Source: Methanoregula sp. (GTDB lineage: Archaea; Halobacteriota; Methanomicrobia; Methanomicrobiales; Methanospirillaceae). Taken from it: a stretch of DNA of 64,000 nt. The stretch is taken from contig NZ_JBAYLY010000010.1 of the NCBI RefSeq assembly GCF_041663825.1, forward strand, positions 14,697-78,696, read 5' to 3'. The notes under the pieces are model-generated. The model saw only the letters and a list, made by a program, of their open reading frames with translations. It searched no databases and was not told the DNA's origin. The position numbers and the translations under genes are program-made. The first letter of the stretch is position 1. Each line of letters begins with the position of its first letter. Positions 58,321-64,000 of the stretch are shown here, in pieces.

Positions 58321-58706
58321 TACTCGACATCTCCTTTCCGGAAAAGGTACATCTGGTAAACGATCGCTGAAAATGCCAGCAGGAGCACAGAGACTGCGAA
58401 TGCATTTTGTGCGCTCATTTTTACGATCCCGAAATAATCTGCCCAGAACAACAGCGTGATCCCGATAATCCCGGTCAGCCATGCATATGAAAGTCCGTAA
58501 GCCCCAATCTTTCTGGACCGCTCGTCCGATTCCGGGTCGTCCCCGTACCGCTTGTTCCGGATAATCCCGGTGACGAGGAATGCACACCCGGCCGCGAGGA
58601 GGGCAGCCGGCAGGATGGCGTCGTCGGGGGTTGTGACAATCGATGCGCCCCCGGTCAGGATGAAGAGTATCCCGATGACAATACGGTAGACATTTCTCGG
58701 TTTCAT
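58320..58706 (-). CDS. Four-TM membrane protein (DUF2178-like paralog)
   Basis: 128 aa with the same topology as the downstream gene (two TM pairs around a charged loop, RNKRYGDDPESDERSRK). Confidence 0.6.
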   Translation of the reverse strand: MKPRNVYRIVIGILFILTGGASIVTTPDDAILPAALLAAGCAFLVTGIIRNKRYGDDPESDERSRKIGAYGLSYAWLTGIIGITLLFWADYFGIVKMSAQNAFAVSVLLLAFSAIVYQMYLFRKGDVE

Positions 58707-58722
58707 TTTTTCTCACCTTTAT

Positions 58723-58772
58723 GTTATCTATTTCTAACACAATAAACATCTTAAAGTTATCTATTTCTAACA
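58723..58772. promoter_or_regulatory. Perfect 17-bp direct repeat GTTATCTATTTCTAACA x2 in the divergent intergenic region
   Basis: Copies at 58723-58739 and 58756-58772 (33-bp period), 17-66 nt upstream of the membrane-protein/XRE operon start. Candidate XRE operator. Confidence 0.45.
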
Positions 58773-58846
58773 TTCACCGGTGACAAAATCCGGCTATTCC
58801 GTGACGCGATCTTAATGACCGATGGCATCGCAGGTACCGTTACACT

Positions 58847-59815
58847 ATGCCCCGCATCCCCCCCTTCAAGGAGATTATCGCCCGGTCGCCGCTCGTCTTT
58901 GTCATCGGTGTCGCCGGCGACAGCGGGTCGGGGAAGACGACGTTCACAAACGCCATCCGCCAGATCTTCGGGCCCGACCTTGTTGCCACGATCACGCTTG
59001 ACGATTACCACAAGTACGACCGGGAGGAGCGGAAAAAACTCGACATCACCCCGCTCCACCCGGACGCGAACAACCTCGCGCAGCTCGAAGCGGATGTGGC
59101 CCGGTTAAAGGAAGGGTACGCGATCACAAAGCCGGTTTACAACCACGCGACCGGGACCTTCGATCCCCCGGTCCCATTTGCATCCAAAAAGATCATTATC
59201 CTCGAAGGCCTCCACACGCTCTTTACCCCGACACTCCGGGAACTGCTGGACTTCTCGGTCTTTGTCGACCCGGACCGTGAGGTAAAATACGCGTGGAAAC
59301 AAAAGCGCGACACGAAAAACCGGGGGTATTCCCCGGCTGAAGTCACTGAAGCGATCGCCCGGCGCGAGAAGGACTACGAAGAGTTCATCGCCCCTCAGCG
59401 CTGCCTTGCCGATGCCGTGATCCGGATCAGTGCGTCCCGGTACGGGAAGGAGAAGGGAGCGTCGGAGAATATCTACCGGATCTCGCTGTTGCAGCACCGG
59501 ATGAACGGGACAATTGCCGGCGCCGCCGACCTTACGATTGACCTCAACTCGCTCCTCCTCTTTCATGACCGGGACTTCTCCATCGAATTCTCGACCGAGA
59601 ACGTGGCCTGCGCACGGATGCGGGCGCTCACCTTCGATGGCGAGATGAACTACGAGACGGTACGGAAACTCGAAAAGAGCATCGAGCAGCAGACCGGCGT
59701 CCACCCGATCACGCTCTTTGAGAACCGCACCACCGTCACCGCGACCGATCTTGTCCAGCTTGTCCTCTCGTGGCGGATCATCCACCGGCGGATCTTTTTG
59801 CAGGAACGGGGCTGA
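58847..59815 (+). CDS. prk: Phosphoribulokinase/uridine kinase family protein, archaeal PRK type
   Basis: 322 aa. P-loop IGVAGDSGSGKTT, TLDDYHKYDR and ILEGLH. The length and motifs fit archaeal PRK. Confidence 0.75.
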   Translation: MPRIPPFKEIIARSPLVFVIGVAGDSGSGKTTFTNAIRQIFGPDLVATITLDDYHKYDREERKKLDITPLHPDANNLAQLEADVARLKEGYAITKPVYNHATGTFDPPVPFASKKIIILEGLHTLFTPTLRELLDFSVFVDPDREVKYAWKQKRDTKNRGYSPAEVTEAIARREKDYEEFIAPQRCLADAVIRISASRYGKEKGASENIYRISLLQHRMNGTIAGAADLTIDLNSLLLFHDRDFSIEFSTENVACARMRALTFDGEMNYETVRKLEKSIEQQTGVHPITLFENRTTVTATDLVQLVLSWRIIHRRIFLQERG

Positions 59816-59922
59816 AAAAAAAAGAAAAAATTACTTTGCAGAAAACCCTTTTTTAAAATATGCGGCCCCCTAGAGCGTTATTTGACCTCTTTTGGGTGTT
59901 CTACAGAGCGCAGAAAAAAAGA

Positions 59923-61506
59923 TTATCCGGAGATCTCGGATTTTACCGCCAGGAAGACCGGTCCCCTGACATCGATCTTCTTCTTGTTGTCGGTGATCGC
60001 CCGCATCGCGTACTCTTCGATCCTGAGATTGATGTCGCTCGGGTGCTTTGCCATCTTGACCTGCACGAGTGTCCCCTTGCCGCACCGGGCTGCCTGCTCG
60101 ATCTCCGCTGCCGCAAACGCGGACGCGGCGGCAAGGTAGGAGATCCCGGTCGGGACGCCGGTTGTCCTCACGTCCTTCCACTTCTCGGCGTCGGGCACAC
60201 CGAGGATGTTTCCTTCGTGGACGAAGATCTCGTTTGCGCACGCCGGCCCGCAGAGCTTTGCGTTCGCCTCGGTCTCCTCGACCGTCACCTTCACGTGCGT
60301 GCCAAGCAGGGTGCCGTTCCATGCCTCAAATGAGCAGGGTCCCTGTGCCGTGGCATTCGCTGCTGCGACCTGTGCAATCGCGAGCGCGAGCGCCTTTCCT
60401 TCCACGGTCGCCGGCTCTGCTTTAAGGTGCACCGCCCGTGCGGTCTCCCGGTCGGTGAGCGGCCGGGGGAAGAACTGGGGGTACGAGAGCTGCCGGATAT
60501 CGTTTGCACTGTACGCGATCATCGCGAGCCGTTCGACCCCAAGGCCGAGATTCATGACCGGGATCCCGACACCGTACTCCCCAAGGGCCGAGGGCGAGTA
60601 CATACCAAAAGTTGCGACCTCGACCCAGCCGTGGACCGGGTGCTTCGCGTAGACCTCGGTCTGCGAGTCCGGCATGTAATACTTGGAGCGCTTGTCGTCG
60701 GGCTGGAACCGGAAGTCCTCGTACCCGAACGCTGAGAGGAGCGCCTCGCTGATCGCTTTCCCGTCCTCAAGCGTGACATCGTCACCGGCAACAACGCAGG
60801 ACGCGGAATGGTAGGCCATGAGCCGGGTCGGCCCTTCGGCCTGCTCGCGCCGGAAGCAGCGGTCGACCGAGAAGAGCTTAATGGGGAGAGGAGTCTTCTC
60901 CCAGATCGAGCCAAGCGTCATGAACCAGCCGCTCGTCATGTGGCTTCTCAAGGTACTCCGCGAGGACTCGGGCACGAGCGACTTGAACTCGGGGAAGACC
61001 GAGTCGAGGATGTGCACCACGTTTCCGTCGTCCGTGTCGAGCACTTTTGCCAGTTCGTGCGTGAGTTCGTCCCCGTCGATCTCCGACTTCTTGTACGCGT
61101 GGAGGGTCTCCCTCAGTTTTTCCTCGGTCGCGGTTGGCATCTGTTTCTTTAAAATCTCGTTTATCGCGTCGAGCTCTGCCCGTGCGATCCCGACGTTCGG
61201 GCGCGGGAGCCCGCCGATGTAGAAGACTCTGTCGAGGACCGCCATCGCTTCGGGGCCGAACTGCCGGTAGATGTCGCTCTCCTCCACGATCACCGGGTTC
61301 TCGATCTCGTCAAATCCCATCGAGAGATAAATTTCCCGTAACCGGTTGATGGTCTCGAAGATCGGGTGCGGCTGTGCCCGTTTGTACTGAAGGCGGGGGT
61401 ATTTTCTATCCTCGCATGGCGGGGTGATGACCGATGGCCCCTCGTGCCACGCCCCCTCGAAGTTCGCATGCGATTTTTCTTTCCATTCCTGCGGGTTGAA
61501 TCTCAA
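59923..61506 (-). CDS. sepS: O-phosphoserine--tRNA(Cys) ligase (SepRS)
   Basis: 527 aa class II PheRS-alpha-like core with [21 protein letters not shown] and a long C-terminal anticodon-binding extension. A methanogen-specific enzyme. Confidence 0.82.
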   Translation of the reverse strand: MRFNPQEWKEKSHANFEGAWHEGPSVITPPCEDRKYPRLQYKRAQPHPIFETINRLREIYLSMGFDEIENPVIVEESDIYRQFGPEAMAVLDRVFYIGGLPRPNVGIARAELDAINEILKKQMPTATEEKLRETLHAYKKSEIDGDELTHELAKVLDTDDGNVVHILDSVFPEFKSLVPESSRSTLRSHMTSGWFMTLGSIWEKTPLPIKLFSVDRCFRREQAEGPTRLMAYHSASCVVAGDDVTLEDGKAISEALLSAFGYEDFRFQPDDKRSKYYMPDSQTEVYAKHPVHGWVEVATFGMYSPSALGEYGVGIPVMNLGLGVERLAMIAYSANDIRQLSYPQFFPRPLTDRETARAVHLKAEPATVEGKALALAIAQVAAANATAQGPCSFEAWNGTLLGTHVKVTVEETEANAKLCGPACANEIFVHEGNILGVPDAEKWKDVRTTGVPTGISYLAAASAFAAAEIEQAARCGKGTLVQVKMAKHPSDINLRIEEYAMRAITDNKKKIDVRGPVFLAVKSEISG

Positions 61507-62432
61507 GTTTCCTCACGCTCCAGGCAGATGACCCTGCTTAAAGGATTTTCATCCCGGATCTTATAATCGCACGATGCAGTAATCCGCTCTGCGAACTCCC
61601 GCACCTGTGCATGCTCCGGCATGTTGTTCCGTTGCAAACGATTTCTACTGTATCCCAGATACATGTATCCTTTTACCTCGACAAAGGTTGCTCCTGCGTC
61701 CTGCAGGAGCCGTGCGTAGCCCTCCGGCTTCGTGTCATTGTGCCCGGCAACGAGCGTGATCCGCACGGCCGAGCGTTTTGTCGAGAGCCGGGCAAGGCTC
61801 TCCTGTATCCGGCTCCAGTATCCGTCCGCGTCGCCCATGGGCCGGCAGGTCTTTTCGTATGTTTCCAGATCGGGTGCATCGAGCGAGACATACTGCTGGA
61901 ACGGCCGGCATTGTGCGAGCACATCCGGGTTCGTGCCGTTACTGACGACAAACGTGGTGTAGCCGTTCGCGTTAAAGAGGTCCACGAGTTCCGGGAGCCG
62001 GCTGTACAGCGTGGGCTCGCCCGAGAGCGATATCGCCACATGCTTTGGCGCGAGCGCCTCCTTCCACTTCTCTTCGGTCACGGTGTTGCCGAGCACGGAA
62101 TTATACCCGGCGAGGGCTTGTTTCTGGAGCTTGTGGACGCCGGCAAGAATCGTCTCGGGCGGGCACTCCTCGACTTCCGCCATCTCGTGCTCGAACGACC
62201 GCCAGCAGAAGAGGCAGCGCTGGTTGCACCGGAGCGTCGGGGTCATCTGGACGCAGCGGTGGCTGTCGATCCCGTAGAACTGGTGCTTGTAGCACATATC
62301 TCCGCCGGCGAGCGCCCGCTTGCACCAGAGGCAGGGCTTGAGCGCGGCAGTGGATGTAGGCGAAAAAAAGAGGTATCCCTGTTTATTCAGGGCCTTACAT
62401 GGTTCGGATGGCATCGATCCCGAGCGTCTCAA
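61503..62432 (-). CDS. taw1: tRNA 4-demethylwyosine synthase Taw1 (radical SAM, TYW1 family)
   Basis: [19 protein letters not shown] and [10 protein letters not shown] (CxxxCxxC). The start is ATG 62432 or 62414, and the gene overlaps the argS stop. Confidence 0.88.
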   Translation of the reverse strand: MRRSGSMPSEPCKALNKQGYLFFSPTSTAALKPCLWCKRALAGGDMCYKHQFYGIDSHRCVQMTPTLRCNQRCLFCWRSFEHEMAEVEECPPETILAGVHKLQKQALAGYNSVLGNTVTEEKWKEALAPKHVAISLSGEPTLYSRLPELVDLFNANGYTTFVVSNGTNPDVLAQCRPFQQYVSLDAPDLETYEKTCRPMGDADGYWSRIQESLARLSTKRSAVRITLVAGHNDTKPEGYARLLQDAGATFVEVKGYMYLGYSRNRLQRNNMPEHAQVREFAERITASCDYKIRDENPLSRVICLEREET

Positions 62433-64000
62433 GCGATTCTATTAAGGTGTTCTGCACGGCCTTCACAAGCGTAAGCCGGCGGTCCCGGACTTTTCCCTCG
62501 CTCTTTAAGACCGGTTCAAAGTGGTAGAACGAGTTGAAGGTGTCGGCGAGCTCGTGGGTGTAGGTGGCAAGAATGTGCGGGCGGAGTTCAGCAACCACTT
62601 TCTCTATGACACCGGGGAACTTTGCGATCTTCTTTGCGAGCGCGATCTCCTGTTCGGTTTCGAGCTCGTAGCATTCGGTAAAGTCGCCGGCCTTTTCTAA
62701 GATGCTGCACGCACGGGCGTGGGCGTACTGGATGTAGGGCCCGCTCTGGCGCTCGAAGTCAAGCGCCTCCTTCCAGTCAAAGACCGTGCTCTTCTCGGGC
62801 GAGATCTTCACGATATCGTACCGGATGCCGGCAAGGGCGACGGAAGTTGCGATACTCTTGCGGGTCGCTTCATCGAGTTCGGGCCTGCGGGTCGTGACCT
62901 CATCAAAGGCACGCTTCGTGACCTCGGTGATCAGATCGTCTGCCGAGACAAACTTTCCCGCCCGGGTTCTCATCGAGCCTTCTGGCAGCGAGACAAACTC
63001 GAAGTTCACGATCTCCGGGGCTTTCTCACCGAGGAGTTTTAACGTGCACTGGAGCTGCGCCCCGATCAGCTTGTGGTCGGCGCCCAGCACATCGATCGCC
63101 CGGTCGAAGTTCACGCTCTTCCAGGTGTGGAACGCAAGGTCACGGGCCGCGTAGACCGAGGTGCCGTCGCTCCGCCGGATCACGTACTTGTTGGTAAAGC
63201 CAAACTCGGCGAGGTCAAGCGCGATAAGGGTGTCCTCGTGCCTTGCCTGCGGGAGTTTCTCTATTTTCCCTATCACCCTTTTCGTGTCGCCGTTCCTGAC
63301 AAAGTCGCTCTCCCAGACAAACCGGTCGTGCTTCACGTTGAGGTTCTTTAACGTGACCGCAAACCCGTCAAGGCAGCGGGAGACTTCGTTCCGGAATTTC
63401 TTTACCGTTTCCGCATCGCCGCTCTCAACAAGCTGCATCAGTTTGTCGACCTGCTGGGTGATACCGGGGTCTTTTTCAATCTCCCGGTTCGCCTCGATAT
63501 AGATCCGGGCGATGTGGGCATCCTCCTTCTCGCCCTCGTGCTGTGCGTGTTCGAGGTGGTCAAATCCCCAGGTCACAATCGCGATCTGCCTGCCCATGTC
63601 GTTTACATAGTACTGGACTTCGAGCCGGTAGCCGGCCTTCCGGAACGCCCGGGCAAGCGTATCGCCGATGATCGAGTTCCGGATGTGTCCCACGTGAAGC
63701 GGGCCATTGGGATTAGCGCTCGTGTGTTCGAGTACGATACGGGTGTCCTTTGCCGGGAGCGAGCCGTAGCCGGGCTGTGTCGCTGCTTTGACGGCCGCAC
63801 TGACGTAGGCACTGCCGAAGACAAAGTTGATGTACGGCCCTTTTGCCTCGACCGTGATCCCCTGCGCTGCGAGCTCTTTGTTGTTTTTGAGGGCGGCAAC
63901 AATCTCCTGCGCTATTTTTACCGGTGCCTGTTTTTTTGTTTTTGCAAGGGAGAACGCGATGGTCGAGGCAAGATCCGCATGCTCCCCGCCATCGATGAGC
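62395..64000 (-). CDS. argS: Arginine--tRNA ligase (partial; N-terminus beyond the window end)
   Basis: The frame stays open from 63693 to the window edge and reads ...ANPNGPLHVGHIRNSIIGD (HIGH motif); GSMRTRAG lies downstream. The track ORF start at 63693 is an internal GTG. Confidence 0.92.
   Translation of the reverse strand, partial: LIDGGEHADLASTIAFSLAKTKKQAPVKIAQEIVAALKNNKELAAQGITVEAKGPYINFVFGSAYVSAAVKAATQPGYGSLPAKDTRIVLEHTSANPNGPLHVGHIRNSIIGDTLARAFRKAGYRLEVQYYVNDMGRQIAIVTWGFDHLEHAQHEGEKEDAHIARIYIEANREIEKDPGITQQVDKLMQLVESGDAETVKKFRNEVSRCLDGFAVTLKNLNVKHDRFVWESDFVRNGDTKRVIGKIEKLPQARHEDTLIALDLAEFGFTNKYVIRRSDGTSVYAARDLAFHTWKSVNFDRAIDVLGADHKLIGAQLQCTLKLLGEKAPEIVNFEFVSLPEGSMRTRAGKFVSADDLITEVTKRAFDEVTTRRPELDEATRKSIATSVALAGIRYDIVKISPEKSTVFDWKEALDFERQSGPYIQYAHARACSILEKAGDFTECYELETEQEIALAKKIAKFPGVIEKVVAELRPHILATYTHELADTFNSFYHFEPVLKSEGKVRDRRLTLVKAVQNTLIESLETLGIDAIRTM

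Noticed and set aside
59105-59785. 226-aa minus-strand ORF
   Set aside because: It lies antisense to the phosphoribulokinase gene.
61611-62474. 287-aa plus-strand ORF
   Set aside because: It lies antisense to taw1, whose radical SAM motifs are clear.

Overview
GC-rich archaeal chromosome segment (most genes look roughly 55-65% G+C by eye). It is almost certainly from a class II methanogen (Methanomicrobiales-like). Evidence: the 3' half of an Mbh-type energy-converting [NiFe] hydrogenase operon with a HycI-type protease, PolD small subunit, TBP genes, archaeal signal peptidase, SepRS, Taw1, archaeal riboflavin synthase, an Isf-type flavoprotein and an archaeal-type phosphoribulokinase. Housekeeping blocks are thiC; purE; a riboflavin/aminotransferase cluster; the glmS-glmU-glmU-glmM UDP-GlcNAc cluster; pcm; sufC/sufBD; and sepS-taw1-argS. 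These blocks are interrupted by accessory patches, several visibly AT-rich. (1) 3.2-7.3 kb: a wHTH + YwgA/Panacea-like + MazF module next to a ~30% G+C KAP P-loop NTPase. (2) 7.3-8.8 kb: two convergent, divergent TBP paralogs. (3) 27.4-32.2 kb: an AT-rich orphan gene, then a DUF4143 AAA ATPase and three MNT/HEPN genes, the latter four bracketed by an ~80-bp imperfect direct repeat derived from the 3' end of a LEA14-like gene. (4) 49.1-52.3 kb: a class II Fic gene bracketed by 25-bp hairpin repeats, followed by an orphan beta-class DNA methyltransferase. (5) 54.2-58.8 kb: a YprB/YprA (MrfB/MrfA-like) exonuclease-helicase pair and an XRE + two-membrane-protein operon. The signal that known feature types explain least is a family of three ~330-bp non-coding G-tract/palindrome composite elements (6929-7253, 28492-28820, 50858-51190). 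All three have the G-rich strand on +, and each sits immediately to the right of an AT-rich or lower-GC cassette. No integrase or transposase is present in the window. No rRNA, tRNA or CRISPR array was recognised. All functional calls come from motif and family recognition by eye. No database search was possible, and start codons are often ambiguous.
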